Shown: positions 15,588 to 32,469, numbered from the stretch's first letter. The stretch: 64,000 nucleotides of DNA from the human T2T-CHM13v2.0 reference genome, Homo sapiens (GCF_009914755.1 NC_060925.1); one strand, 5' to 3'. The notes: a model not told the origin generated them from the letters alone. Translations and numbers: made by a program.

Positions 15588-17348
15588 TAAAGAAAAATTT
15601 TGATTCTTGATACACAGTCTCGAATTTTCTTTGTAGTTTTTATTCATCTCTTCATTAATTCATTAAACAAATATTGTACCAGAGATAAAGGGGTGAATAA
15701 GATAACATATGCATGACTTGAAGTCTCACAAAGCTTATATTATCAAGATACACAGAGTAGGGAACACATACTGAAAAATTAATTAGAAGTATGCAACATA
15801 TTGCAAAGGAAAAGACTAAACCACTTTGAAAATGTACAAGAAGAAGAACTTAACCTACTCTAGAAGTTGAGAAAAGCCTTCTCTCAAAAAGAAATTTAAA
15901 ATTGAAGGCTAAATGAAGACTTCTAGTTCAATGTAAGATGGCAAACCAATATGAACTGCTGTCTCTTCCTCCACATTAACACCTTTGATGTGCCACAAAA
16001 ATAAGACAAAGGCCGACAGAATTCCCAAAACTACCATAACACAAGTATACCATGACATAAGTCTGCACAAACTGTGAACAACTTCTGGAGAGACAAAAGA
16101 CAACTAGATCCCAGAGTGCATAAAGAAACCAGAGCTGTCTCGATCAGAGAAAGCTAGGAACCATGGGTGAGGGATAAATTGTGGGAAAAAAAGGCTTTTT
16201 AGTTGTATCCATATCTCTATCTCATACTGGTCTGGGCTGATCACTGTTTACCAGGTAACCACTGTAAGGCAGAAAAGCAACATAATCTTGAAATTTTATT
16301 ATTAATTAGTGAAATGATTCTAAACAGTCTCTGACAAGTAGTTTGCATTGTCTGTTTTGTGGTACAAGAATGTTAGCAAAATTATCAGAAATCAGAAGAA
16401 ATGGACACAAAAATAGGTCACAAAGTTTTTGCCAGTAATTAATAATATTAGATTATCTCTGATTTTTCAAAAAACATAAAATGTTAATGTAACACAAGCC
16501 AAAAAATCAAAAACTTAAATCACAGTGCTTAAGATAATTTCAAAGTACAGACATAGCCGGGCATGGTGGCTCACGCCTGTAATCCCAGCACTTTGGGAGG
16601 CCGAGGCAAGTAGATTACCTGAGGTCAGGAATTCGAGACCAGCCTGGCCAACATGGTGAAACCCCATCTCTACTAAAAATACAAAAATTAGTTGGGCACT
16701 GTGGCAGGTGCCTGTAGTCCCAGCTACTCAGGAGAACCGCTTGAACTCGGTCTCAAAAAAAATAAATAAATAAAAATAAGTACAGACATATGTTTAACAC
16801 CATTATACATTTATATTAATATTTCTAATAAACCGTAAGAGATATTCAATTAATTATCCTTTAAGTTAGCAGTTAAGTATTTGTTTCATGTGATGGAAAG
16901 TAATGAAAATATAAGCACCGAGCAATTATGGTTATATAATTACATAATAATGGACAATGGGATATTATTTAGAATGGCTAAGGTATCACTCTACATAAGA
17001 AAATCACTTTAAGAACAGACCTCAACTATCTGAGCCTCAATCTTTTACCTTTAAATTGATTGTTAAATATCCTTTAACTAATTTTCCATGAAAATTTTGT
17101 TTATTGGCCTTCCCAATAATTATGAATTCTTAAACAGAAGAGACCAGGTCTTTTATTCTCCACATCTTAATACACACACATGCTTTATAGTAAGGACTCA
17201 GTAAATACTGACTCTGAGTAAAGAATCCTTGAGGCCGGGCGCAGTGGCTCACACCTGTAACCCCAGCATTTTGGGAGGCCGAGGCTGGTGGATCACCTGA
17301 CGTCAGGAGTTCAAAACCAGCTTGACCAACGTGGAGAAACCCCAACTA

Positions 17349-17462
<114 letters not shown>

Positions 17463-17841
17463 CTAGATTGTGCCATTGCACTCCAGCCTGGGCAACAAGG
17501 GTGGAACTCCGTCTCAAAAAAAAAAAGAATAATTGAAAGTCACAAAAGTCACACTAGACAGAAACCCAGAAGACAATCTTGTTTCCTCTCCATTCTGTTA
17601 ATTAGTTAGAAAAATCAGAGGAAGTTTCTTCAGACCAGTTGTTGCAACTCTTATTATCAGTTTCTTTTGGGTTTGCACATTTTTTATCTTTTCCTTGAAA
17701 TAATTCTAGGATTAGTATTGTTTCTTGCTCTCATGAGGGTCTCCTGATATTTGTCCAGAAAGGACAACTGTCAGTGTATAACAAATAAAAAAAAAATACA
17801 CTCACTTTAGTTGTTAAAATATTACAATTTTATCTCAGTAA

Positions 17842-18239
<398 letters not shown>

Positions 18240-18265
18240 CTAAATAATTTTTTTTTTTTTTTTGA

Positions 18266-18557
<292 letters not shown>

Positions 18558-19374
18558 TAAGAAAGCACCCAGAAGAGCCCAAAACGTAGCATCAAAATAA
18601 GACTGAATCTATGTAACACCTAGGAGAGTTCCACATTATGCATTTCTTTAATAAAACTGCCAACGTTTTTTATTTCCTTCCACAAAGTTAGATTTAATTG
18701 ATCATTTTCAGCCTAAAAATATAAAGATAATATTATCAGCAAGATAATATTCCCATTCATCCAGATTAAGTTTTGTACAATTTTCCACTATTGAGATATA
18801 CTTGACAAAAATAAGATCTGTATGTGAAGTTGAAAAAAATTCTGGGTAGGAGGAGGGAGAGTGGAATAACTCAACATTCAGCATATTATTAAAAAGAATA
18901 TGACATGTTTTGGAAATACTCTTTTAATGACTAAAACAAAATAGAGACAGTCTTCTTCCTTGCTTCCAGCAAAATCTATACCTACCAACTAAAGCAGATA
19001 ACTATTGTAACACTATGGTTATTTTTAGTTCCAATAATGGCCTATATAATTAAGCAGTTGCCAAAAAGGACAGTCAGGTATCAATTTTTTTTTAAAGTCC
19101 TGTATTATGGATGAATAAAAAAAGAATCAGAGAACATCAGTAAGGTAGAATGCAGCAAAAGAAAAAAAAATTCATAATTTTAAACGTGATTCTTCAACTC
19201 TTTCTGGGTTCCACTCAATGTTCAAGTTCCTAAGTCATGAATAATTCACATGTAAGTTTACACATAATTGCAAAAGTTCATATTATGGCAAGTTACAATG
19301 AATGAAGAATATTTCAAATGCATCACTTCATATTTTTAGAAGATATATCAACAACAGTAATTCATATTGCTTAC

Positions 19375-19479
19375 TCATCTGCCTATCTCCATAGCTGATG
19401 GCTTCCGCCAGAGGGCTCCATCCCTGAGCATTTTTCACCTTGACTGGAGCATTGTGAGCCAAAAGTAAATGGGCACATT
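19375..19479 (-). CDS. ANKRD13C: ANKRD13C coding exon 3 (105 nt), ankyrin repeat
   Basis: ttgcag|AA TGT GCC...CAG ATG A|gtaagc; encodes (E)CAHLLLAHNAPVKVKNAQGWSPLAEAISYGDRQM with an ankyrin-type GWSPLAEA motif. Confidence 0.95.
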
Positions 19480-20102
19480 CTGCAATATAAAGTAGTAATA
19501 ATATCAAACATCATGCAATTTTTAGAATCTCTAAATATAAATATATAAAAGTTTAATAAACCAAATTAACATAAATAGATGAAATAAACATTGTACCATG
19601 TAGAATTATGTAATTTGAAAAATTTCTATGTATCTAACTAAACCAGGTAATTTCAGATCCCTAGATTTAAAAAGTATCCATTCTACTGCCTAAAAATAAA
19701 TTGGATCTCTCTGCAAAGAAGGTATCATGTTCCCTAATAATTATTCCAAGAGTATTTTTTTAATGTTTTCATACTCTAAAAGATAACCCAAGAACTTCAA
19801 GAGTGATTTACTTGCAAATACCTATCAGCTAGTAAGACCCAAAAGAGGATCTGTGTGTCCATAATGTCAAATAGTAAGTTCATTTTTTATTTCAGAAACA
19901 AAAGTGCTTTCAATAAGAGTCAGTAATGTTTCCAAAACACATTTATTTTTCAAATTTTATAATTGTTATGGTTTGGAAAAATGTTCAGAAAAAGGGCAAA
20001 ACTCGGCTTATGATACAACGACAAATCTAGATAGTTTTTCAAATAATCAAAAGAAGTCTAAGGTATAGACCTTTCTATAGGTTGAGAAAACTTTTTCTTT
20101 AA

Positions 20103-20210
<108 letters not shown>

Positions 20211-20237
20211 TAACATGGTGAAACCCCGTCTCTACTA

Positions 20238-20420
<183 letters not shown>

Positions 20421-20563
20421 TTAAAAAATAAAAAGTTCACTTAACAGGAAAAAAGTTAAAACTGAGGCCCACGCCGGGCACAGTGGCTCATGCCTGTAAT
20501 CCCAACACTTTGGGAGGCTGAAGTGGGCCGATCACCTGAGGTCGGGAGTTCCAGACCAGCCTA

Positions 20564-20810
<247 letters not shown>

Positions 20811-21289
20811 TCAATAATTCAGCAAATATTTACCAAATGTCCATTATATGCAATTTCTAAATACCAGGTACTAGACAAGGTATTGCTATCGAAGAGCATA
20901 ATTCCTATGTTGGAATATAACATGTAAATTAATAACTAGAAAAGAAAAATAATGCAAGATAATGATAAGTGCTTTAAAAGAAATAAGAGTGTTAAGACAG
21001 TGTAATGTGGGTTGGCTAAGGTGGGGAACAAATGGCACTACTTTAGCACTATTCCTAGTGATAGAAGAAATAAATATACTAGCAGGGAACTTTATCACAA
21101 TAATGTAAAATAAATACAGAAATTTCATAGCAGTGTTTCAATCTGGTAACAGTATATAAGAATATATGTACATGAATGTTTATTTTAATGTTGTTTGTAT
21201 GGCAATTATACTGGAAACAAAGTGAATGTCCACAGTAGGGCAATAACAGACATGTTGCATCTACATTACATTAATAATATAGTCATTTT

Positions 21290-22300
21290 TTAAGACTAGA
21301 GTCATATCAAAAGTACAGAGAAGCCAGCTTGAATGGTTAGCCAAATTTGGGAAATTTAGCATCAAAAAGAATAATGGCTAACTAGTTATAACACATTGAA
21401 AAAAAAAACTGATAAGCCCATAACAACATCAAGAAATAAAAGGGTGGGCAATAAGTTCTTACTTACAGAATAATGCAATGCTACCTAATAAATGTAGAAG
21501 AAATGATAAAATTAGAAAATTTAACATAATACCCCATGTAATAACTGGTTTAGGCAAAGGTCTTTATTGAATGCTAAAGCCACTAGGTAAAAAGCTTTAT
21601 GCTGGGAATAGGATATTCACATGGAACCAAAGTATTGTCCCAAGAATATTTACTAATAACAAACAGAAAAATGTTCCTTTACAATGGATATATTTGAAGA
21701 TTATCACTTACACGATCTAACTTAGTGGCAATTAATGATGAAATAATCTGATATTGTGTGTTTCCAATGTGATATATGTAAAGTTCCTAATATCACCTAT
21801 GAAATATTCTATCCAGAAATGTTTAACCTGAATCTAATAAAGCCTCTATAGCTGATTTTCAATTCACAGAAAAAACAAAGGATAAAGAACAGGTTAAGAA
21901 ACATGGAGAGAAAATGATCAGGCAAATCTGAGAGAAAGGACATTCTACAAGTTAACTGGTCAAGACTTTTCAAAAAGTTGGGCACAAAGGTGGGGAAAAG
22001 GTGAGCAAATTGCTCTAGATTATGAGACATAACAACCAAATGCAATGAGTCACTCTCAACTGGGTCATGTTTCAGTATAAAAAACCTATAAATGACATTC
22101 TGGGAACAATTGGAGAAATCTCAATATGCATTGGGTATAAGATGATATTTTAACAATATCATTAATTTTCCTTGGTGTGATCATGATAATGTGGTTATGA
22201 AGGAGAATATCTGTATTCTTAGAGGTGCATGCTGAAGTATTTGGGGGTAAAATGTCATGATATCTACATTTAGTTTTCAAATGGTATAACAACAATATAT
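21290..22300 (+). mobile_element. Old L1 (L1M-type) 3' region fragment
   Basis: Typical L1MC 3'-UTR motifs (gacataacaaccaaatgcaatg, gaagtatttgggggtaaaatgtcatga); boundaries approximate. Confidence 0.55.
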
Positions 22301-23079
22301 ATAAATAAAGGCCAGGTGCAGTGGCTCATGCCTGTAATCCCTACACTTTGGGAGGCCAAGGGGGGCGGATCATCTGAGGTCAGGAGTTTGAGACCAACGT
22401 GGCCAACATGGTGAAACCTGTCTCTACTAAAATACAAAAAAATTAGCCAGGCATGTTGGAACTGGCCTGTAATCCCAGCTACTACGGAGGCTGAGGCAGG
22501 AGAGCTGCTTGAACCCAGAAGGCGGAGGTTGCAGTGAGCCGAGACTGTACCACTGAGCGAGACTCCGACTCAAAAACACAAACAAATAAAACAAACAAAT
22601 AACAACAAAAAAATTTATATATATAAAACATAAAAAGATAAAATATGAAACAATGTTAATTATTGAGTCTATATGGAAAGCATTTGAATGTTTGTTGTGA
22701 TAATCTTTCAATTTTGGGGGTATATTTAAATTTTTTATAATAAAATATTGAGAAGGATAAAGGAATTAAATAAATCAAAAAAAGGAATCAATCAGAGTCA
22801 TCTCAACAGGCTTAAAGGAATGTTCACGGTGTACTGCTAAGTGATAGAATTCATCTGCTCAACACAGAAGTATATAATGATTGCATTGTTTAAAAAGGAA
22901 TGAGTAAGCCTAGGTGCAGTGGCTCACACCTATAATCTCAGGACTTTGGGAGGCCAAGGTGGGCAGATCACCTGAGGTCGGGAGTTCAAGACCAGCCTGG
23001 CCAACATGGTGAAACCCCATCTCTACTAAAAATACACAAAGTAGCCAGGTGTGGTGGCACATGCCTGTAATCCCAGCTA

Positions 23080-23184
<105 letters not shown>

Positions 23185-24865
23185 TCAATAAATAAATAAA
23201 AGGAATGAGTAAAAAACTACATACATGAGTGTGTATGTTCAGACACATGCACAAGTATTTCTATATAATAATAAGCATAGAGAAATGTATGTAAGAATAT
23301 CCAGCAGGTTTTAACATGCATTACCATATTTATTGGGAAGGGGATTAGTAAGAAGAGGGGATGATAGCCAAGATAAAAAGAAATTTTTTTAAAAAAGAAT
23401 AAAAACAAACGGACCCATCTCCCAAAAAACCATTGGGTTTTGTAAATATGTTTGTATGTATACATGTATAGGGGAATGTAAACATGTAAGATATCTACAA
23501 ATTTCTATAGCTATTTCATGGTAGACTTTTGAAAGAAAAGAAAAATATGGCAAATTACTATCTGTAGGGATTCTACTTCCATGAAAACAAACAAAGTCCC
23601 TGTGTTGTAAGTAAAGAGTACGATATGAAGGGATATCCATGAGGCTGTAAATGTTAACTACATCAAGAAAAAAAAAGTAGAGAGATGATGCTTTTATGTA
23701 TCTATGTATTGTATGATTTCAACTGTTTCAACATGCATGTATTAGTAACCAAAAAAATCATTAAAGAAAAAAATAGGCCAGGAGCAGTGGCTCACACTTG
23801 TAATCCCAGCACTTTGGGAGGCCGAGGCAGGTGGATCACGAGTTCGAGACCAGCCTGGCCAACATAGTGAAACCCCATCTTTACTAAAAATACAAAAATT
23901 AGCTGGGCATGGTGGCCCACGCCTGTAGTCCCAGCTACTCATGAGGCTGAGGCAGGAGAATCACTTGAACCCAGGAGGTGGAGGTTGTGATGAGCCAAGA
24001 TTGCATCACTGCACTCCAGCCTGGGCAACAAAGTGAGACTCTGTCTCAAAAAAAAAGAAAAGAAAAAGAAAAAAAAGATACTATAAAAATATTAAAAAGC
24101 AGGTTGCACAACAATAGCTAAAGGAATACCTCAGAATTCATGTAAGATTTATACATTGTGCTAGACACATATCAGCAATGTTTCTGATATGCCACAGACC
24201 CAGCAGAAAAGATGCCCTTCACTCACTAGTCACAACTCAACTGAAGTAGAGATTAGCAACTAACAAAAAATCAGATAATCATAGATATGCTAATAACCTA
24301 TGACATAGTCTTATAATTTAAAAAAAAAAGAACTGGTGGCCAGGCACGGTGGCTCACGCCTGTAATCCCAGCACTTTGAGAGGCTGAGGCGGGCGGATCA
24401 GGAGATCAGGAGTTTGAGACCAGCCTGACCAACATGGTGAAACCCCAGCTCTACTAAACATACAAAAATTAGCCAGGGTGGTGGCACACACCTGCAATCC
24501 CAGCTACTCAGGAGGCTGAGGCAGGAGAATCACTTGAAACCAGGGAGCAGAGATTGCAGTGAGCCGAGATGCACCACTGCACTCCAGCCTGGGTGGCAGG
24601 GCGATATTCCGTCTCAAAAAAAAAAAAAAACAACCAGATCAATCGAATGTCTTCTCTCAGTAATGTTAACAATGCATAATAAGAAAAGAAGGTAGTTAAC
24701 AACTAAGCACTAAGGCTTAAAGAATGCATAAATGTGCCAGGAAGAACTCAAGGCAAGGACTGTGAAAAACGCAAATTATGAGGAATAGAAATCACACATT
24801 TAGGCCGGAAACAGTGGCTCATGCCTACAATCCCAGCAGTTTGGGAGGCCAAGGTGGGTGGATCA

Positions 24866-25135
<270 letters not shown>

Positions 25136-25700
25136 TTAATAAGTAAGAACTATAAAGACGATCAAATATAGAGAGAACCAGTGAGAAAAATAGGACAGTT
25201 GGAAACAACAGAATATCTACAGTTATTAAAGTTAGAAACCATATTAATTCTAAAGTTACTTTAAGAAAAAATAAAAAATTGCAGATCCAAAAAAGACTGA
25301 AAATGAATTAAAAGTTGCAGCAACTGGTTTGAAAAACCTTTCTCTCATATTTTCAACCAAAAGGATAAGAATTAAAGATTAGTTTTTCTATATCATCTCG
25401 TAAAACTTCCTGAAACCTTCCTTACTTAAGTATAATATTCTTCATTTCCATCCAAATCCACAGTTCAATAACCTCCCACGTGACATTACTAATATTAGTC
25501 AATGGACTCAGAAATTCAGAAAAAAATCAGTCTTCTGTGGTGAAAAACTAACGTTATTCAGTAGGTTAAGATGAGTGAGAGAAGGAAAGCATGTAGAAGT
25601 ATAAAAGATTCTCTTTACCTCAATCAAAATATTACGTGAACGCCCTGGGAAATTTTGTTGTGTTTATAGACAAGTACAGAAACAGAACGTGCCCTTCAAC

Positions 25701-26247
25701 AATGAAATCACTAAAGGTACAGTGTATCTTAAAAGAAGATAAAAGAGAATAGACTATCTAGGCTGAACAATGATATAATGTAAAAGCAAGGTATAGAACA
25801 CTAAGTAGGCCAGGCGCAGTGACTCACACCTGTAATCTCAACACTCTGGGAGGCCGAGGTGGGTAAATCATCTGAGGTCAGGAGTTCGAGACCAGCCTAG
25901 CCAATATGGTGAAACCCCGTCTCTACTAACAATAGAAAAATTAGCCGGGCATGGTAACACACACCTGTAATCCCAGCTACTACTAAATGAAATCACTAAA
26001 GGTACAGTGTATCTTAAAAGAAGATAAAAGGGAATAGACTATCTAGGCTGAACAATGACATAATATAAAAGCAACGTATAGAACACTAAGTAGGCCACGC
26101 ACAGTGGATCTGTAAATCTCAGCACTTTGGGAGGCTGAGGTGGGTAAATCACCTGAGGTCAGGAGTTTGAGACCAGCCTGGCCAACATGGTGAAACCCTG
26201 TCTCTACTAACAATACAAAAAATAGCCTGTAATCCCAGCTACTACTA
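25701..26247 (+). repeat. Tandem duplication of ~285 bp (unique flank plus Alu left arm)
   Basis: aatgaaatcactaaaggtacagtgtatc... starts at 25701 and 25986; both copies end in cccagctactacta. Confidence 0.9.
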
Positions 26248-27609
26248 GGTAGGCTGAGGTGGGAGAATCGCTTGAACTCAGGAGGCAGAGGTTGCAGCCG
26301 AGATCATCCCACTGCACTCCAGCCTAGGCAACAGAGCAAGACTCGACTCAAAAAAAAAAAAAAAAAAAAAAAGGAACACTAAGTATAAAGTAGATGTTTT
26401 ACTTTCCACTACATATTCTAATCTCACTCTTGTGCAACCAAATATAAAAAATATCAACAGACTTTCAAGTTTGTTTGAGTTATTTTAAAAAGAGAATTAT
26501 ACAAACACATACATAAAGATCATAAGAAAAAAAGCAAAAAAAGGGTGCACAACTGGAAAAATGTTAATGGATCAGTATGTAATTGGTTGTGTCTACTCTA
26601 TTTGAAAAGGATTCAGAAACAACAAATACCAACATTATTTGCAGATCCTGAATCATCTAACCAAGTGTTTCCCAAAATACATCCCACAGAACTGTAATCT
26701 GTCAAGATACTTGTAAAAAAGAGCAAACATCAAATAACTGTGGGGAACTCTGACCACTATGTCCAACACATGCCCCAACTTGAAACATTACAATGCATAT
26801 TAGCATATCAAATTTCTAACAAGTTCCACAACAAAGAAAACTTTTTAACTTTTATTTACCTAATATTTTTCAAATTGATTTGCTCTGGAAACTCTATTTT
26901 CTTCTAAATACCTTTCAATATCCCATAAAACTAATGTGGTTTTTCTCCTGTACTTCAATGGATGCAAAGAAACTAATGTTTTATGAAATATATTTTAATT
27001 TGTTGTTGTTGTTGAAACGGAGTCTCGCTCTGTTATCCAGGCTGCAGTGCTGTGGTATGATCTCGGCTCACTGCAACCTCTGCCTCTGGGTTCAAGTGAT
27101 TCTCCTTTCTCAGCCTCCCAAATAGTTGGGATTACAGGCATGTGCCACCATGCCCGGCTAATTTTTGTATTTTTAGTAGAGATGGGGTCTTGCCATGGTG
27201 CCCAGGCTGGTCTCAAACTCCTGGCCTTAAGTGATCTGCCCGCCTCGGCCTCCCAAAGTGCTAGGATTACAGACGTGAGCCACCACGGCTGGCTGAAATA
27301 CATTTTAAAACAGGCTGATATAAACCGATGATGAAGCATAATAGTACATCTATCTAAAATTAGAATACCCTCTGTGAGAATATACTTGAGTGGAAAAATA
27401 AAATAAAATTAGAACCCTCAAACAGAGATGGCAGATAGGCTTCATTTCACATTCAAATCCTGGTAAATCCATATTAACTACTAAAGTGCTAAATTAGGAA
27501 GGATTCCAGAATAGCAATCAGATTTGGCAAGTTGCATGTTGGCCAACTTTGATACAGACCATATCCTTTCTGAATGGTTCTCAGTGAAAAAGAGGGCAAA
27601 GCAATACAC

Positions 27610-27830
27610 CATTAAAATAGATTTTAGAGCCAGGCACTCCCAAGTTGAAATTAAAACTTGGCTACTTTACTCTGGGCAAGTTTTGGGGCTAATGTTTTTC
27701 TTCCATAAAATGGAGATAATAATAGTACTTCACTCACATGGTTGTGGTAAGAGTTAAATGAGTAAATACGTGTAAAGTACTAGGAAAAGCATCTGGTATA
27801 TTGTAAATAATAAATTCTAGTTATTTTCTA
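27610..27830. mobile_element. MIR SINE
   Basis: Core ccataaaatggagataataatagtac...ggttgtggtaagagttaaatgagtaaatacgtgtaaagtac. Similar MIR pieces near 1250-1350, 10790-10920 and 45260-45700. Confidence 0.7.
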
Positions 27831-29292
27831 AAGTTCCAATCCAATGTTCTTTGAAAAAAAAAAGCGCAAGTTTTTATTGATCAAATTCAGCTGGCTGTAT
27901 CTGACATATTTTCACCAAGGTTGCTAGAGATGTCAATCATGGCCTGCCCTATCCACATTCCTGCTAAAGTAAACATACTTCCTTTGTATTCCTGATTCCC
28001 TCTCCTACCCCCAAATCTCACCCAAGTCAGTCTAGCTAAAGCTAATTTCACAGAAGCAAATACCTATCTTAAAGACAGATAATTCATAAGTCTGCCATCA
28101 CCCATCACTTGTGGCTTGGCTTGAGATAAACTGGACCAATCAAACTTTTTGCTCAGAAATTTGCGAACCTAAGAAACCCATCTAGTTAGCAGTGAACACC
28201 AGAAAGTCAACTTAGGATCCTAAAAGAATTATTTTAGGTCTGTTCAATTTCAGTAAACAGGAAAAGTCAATCACGAAAAAGGAGAATACCGCAGATATAA
28301 AGAACAGCAGACACACCATAAGAGATTGAAAGATGATAAGGAAATAGGAGAATGACTGATTCCTCCAAACATCTTGGTTCCCACTCTTCCTGAGACCTGG
28401 CTGGTACCTACTTCTTGAGTTTCTCTAACATGTAGCCTTTTAATGAATACTTCTTTACTTAGAAGTTACTCTAGTTAATCTTACTTGTTAAGAAGAAAAA
28501 AAAGCCATAACTATAACATTGAAGATACAGATTTGAATCACCAATTATATAGAATTAAAATAAAAATTAAGGTCAGGCACAGTGACTCACATCTGTAATC
28601 CCAGTGTTCTGGGAGGCCCAGGAGGGAGGATTGCTTGAGGCCAGGAGTTTGAGAATAGCCTGGGCAACATAGCGAGACCTCATTTCTAAAAATAAATTTA
28701 AAAGTTAGTTAGGTATGGTGGCATGTGCATCTAGTCCTTGCTACTTGGGAGGCTGGAGACAAGAGGATCACTTGAGCCCAGGAGTTTGAAGCCGCAGTGA
28801 GCTAGGATCGCACCACTATACCCCAGTTTGGGCAACGGAGCAAGACCCTGTCTCTAAAATAAAAATTATATTATCCTGTGGATCATACACTTCATTTAAA
28901 GATTTGAACTTAAAAATCAAACTAGCAAAAGAACTTTGTTTTTCAACAAAACAAGTTCAAGCCAGGGCAACAAAGTGAGAACCTGTCTCTACATAAAATG
29001 AAAAAATTAGCCGGGCATGGTGGCATGTGTCTACAGTCCCAGCCACCCTGAAGGCTGAGACAGGAGGATCACTTGAGCTCAGGAGTTCTCAAGACTGCAG
29101 TGACCCATGATTGCATCATTGCACTCCACCCTGGGGAACACAGCGACACCATGTCTCAAAAATAAAATAAAGGCCAGGCACGGTGGCTCATGCCTGTAAT
29201 CCCAGCACTTTGTGAGGTCAAGGCGGGTGGATCACCTGAGGTCGGGAGTTCGAGATCGGCCTGACCAACATGGAAAAATCCCATCTCTACTA

Positions 29293-29433
<141 letters not shown>

Positions 29434-29772
29434 TCAAAATAAATAAATAAATAAAATAAAATAAAAACAAGTTCTAGCAATATCCCTAGGCCCATACATT
29501 CAGATCAAATGTTTACACTGACAGATACATTATACCATATAACAACAACAGATGTTCATAATGATACTTCTAGATCATTGAAAAAAAAATCTTAACAGAA
29601 GTTCATTAGCCTGTCTAAAAATATACAATTATATTTCTTTAAAAAATTGTATCATTTGGGTGCGGTGGCTCACACCTGTAATCCCAGCACTTTGGGAGGC
29701 CGAGGCAGGCGGATCATGAGGTCAGGAGATCGAGACCAGACTGGCCAACATGGTGAAGCCCTGTCTCTACTA

Positions 29773-29993
<221 letters not shown>

Positions 29994-30586
29994 TCAAAGC
30001 ATTGCTATTCAGCTATCTAAAATCCTCACTTTCCAGAATAACCGGGGATCTAAATAACTAAAGTTTTACTGCACTTAGGAATAACCTACAAAAGTAGGTA
30101 TCTTTTAAATCACCTGCCTATAAGGCTTTTTAATTAAATAATGACTACTTTAATAAATACTTAATAAACAAGTATTAAGTTTTTGCAATTATCTACCAAA
30201 GGCTCAACTTATGACTTTATATATATAAAATATTATATATTAAAAATCATATAAAACTCTAATATGAAAAGTATAATAATAAATCTTAATATTTGGAAAT
30301 AAGTCTTCTAAAATTATAAATTCCTGCTTGATAAAACAACCAAGTAAGGGGAAAAAAAACATAGTTTCAAAAGACATAAAAGTTAGTACAGGATTTCCAC
30401 CAACACTTTTTAAAAAGGGCCATGGAAAACAAGAAAATATTTACTAATTTCAATATACTAAATTCTAAGTTCAATTAACAGATAAAATGAGTTTTTAAAA
30501 ACTCAAAAGACAAAACTGATCTTAAAAATTTTAAACTGACTATATATAAATGAAGTTAAACATAAAAAAAGAAAATATTTACTAAC

Positions 30587-30628
30587 CTTTATTTCCTAAC
30601 ATCACAGCAAGGTGTAAAGGAGTATTTC
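30587..30628 (-). CDS. ANKRD13C: ANKRD13C coding exon 2 (42 nt), ankyrin repeat
   Basis: ttttttttag|GA AAT ACT CCT TTA CAC...AAT AAA G|gttagt; encodes (G)NTPLHLAVMLGNK, a canonical ankyrin TPLHLA motif. Confidence 0.95.
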
Positions 30629-31672
30629 CTAAAAAAAATAAAATAAAATAAATAAATTAGAAGGTGTAAAAACATAAGAACATTTACTTAAAAGTGGTTT
30701 CAGCTCCTTCAGAAATTTCACTGGCAGATTTTAAGCAAAAATACTGTGACTGCAAAATAATATTGCTTATATAGCAAATTTAAAGTCAGAAGATACCATG
30801 ATTTCTGAGTACAATGTACTCTCCAACCCCTCCAAAAAAAAGGATATCCATTTTGAGATTTATTTTTCAAACAGATTTCACAGATTCCTTTTGCTGCTAA
30901 TTTCTCTTTCACATTATTCTTTGTTCATTTAGCAAACAATTTAAATATCTAGTCATCCTTGGGGACAAAAATCAGTAAGACTGAATCCCAGTTTTCAAGT
31001 TGTTCGGAAAGTCTGCTGTTAGAGACAAATATGAAAATAAATAATAATTATTATTTATTAAATAGAAGGGAGTACAGCCTGACCGTAGAACATACGGCAG
31101 AGCTCATAACTTTGCAGAGAGTTAAATATTGAAGAATGGACCACACTGAAATGAGCCTTAAAGAATTTGTTAGAAATCTGTAGGCGAACAAAAGCAACAC
31201 TGCCTAGCATTCCAGATTTTTTTTAAAGTGATCCAAATCACCACTCAAGTGCAGAAACAATTTATATTTGGGAAACAAACAAACAGTTATTATTAGTGGG
31301 GGTGAAGAAGTTATAGAAAACAGTAAAGAATGATATTGGAATGATGAGCAAAAGACAAAGACTTGAAAGCTGTGCTATGAAGTTTGGACTACATCCTATA
31401 GTTGATGTTATAGAATGACGAATTTAATTTCAAAATGATACCCTAAGCCATACTTATGATCTAAATGTTAAACCAACAGTAATATTTGAAATTAAAAAGT
31501 CAGTAAATAAAATTTGCTAAATTTCACATATCAGCAATTTTACGAAAGTCATCACATTAACAATTACGACCAAAATAATAAGCAAAACATTATCAAGGGA
31601 TCACATGCAGGACATAAGAGATGTGCATGTGATAAATTCCAGTCTCAGCTTGACAAGAGATCGGCCATGATT

Positions 31673-31675
<3 letters not shown>

Positions 31676-31713
<38 letters not shown>
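31676..31713 (+). repeat. (AC)n microsatellite, ~19 units
   Basis: Uninterrupted acacac run. Confidence 0.95.
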
Positions 31714-31715
<2 letters not shown>

Positions 31716-32469
31716 TTGCTCAATAAAGGCAGAATGGAATGGGAATTGTTGGCAAAGTCAGCAAAATACTATTTTGAGCAAAATTTAGAAAACAGCACAA
31801 ATAAATTCACTACACTAAAGTCATCTCCATGGCCGGGCACGGTGGCTCACGCCTGTAATCCCAGCACTTTGGGAAAGTGGCAGGCAGATCACCCGAGGTC
31901 AAGAGTTCAAGACCAGCCTGGCCAACATGGTGAAACCCCATCTCTACTAAAAATACAAAAATTAACCAGGCGTGGTGGCACCCGCCTGTGATCCCAGCTA
32001 CTTGGGAGGCTGAGGCAGGAGAATTGCTTGAACCATGGGAGACAGAGGTTGCAGTGAGCCAAGGTCACTCCACTGCACTGCAGCCTGGGCGACAAGAGTG
32101 AAACTCTGTCTCAAAATAAATAAATAAAATAAAATAAAATAAAGTCATCTCTGTAATTAATTTTACCAAAAACAAAACAAAACCCTGGATTACAGAAAAT
32201 CTCTTGATCTTAACTAGGGACAAAAAAACAAGACAGATTTGGAGATATAAGTGACATTATGTTTTTCAGAAATAAGAACCGGAGGTACAAATTTCCATTG
32301 GTACTTAGTACTTTAATATGAAAATATGCAATGAAGAAAGCATCTTTCAGCCGGGCACGGTGGCTCACGCCTGTAATCCCAACACTTTGGGAGGCCAAAA
32401 GGGGCGGATCACCTGAGGTCGGGAGTTCAAGACCAGCCTGACCAAGATGGAGAAGCCCCATCTCTACTA

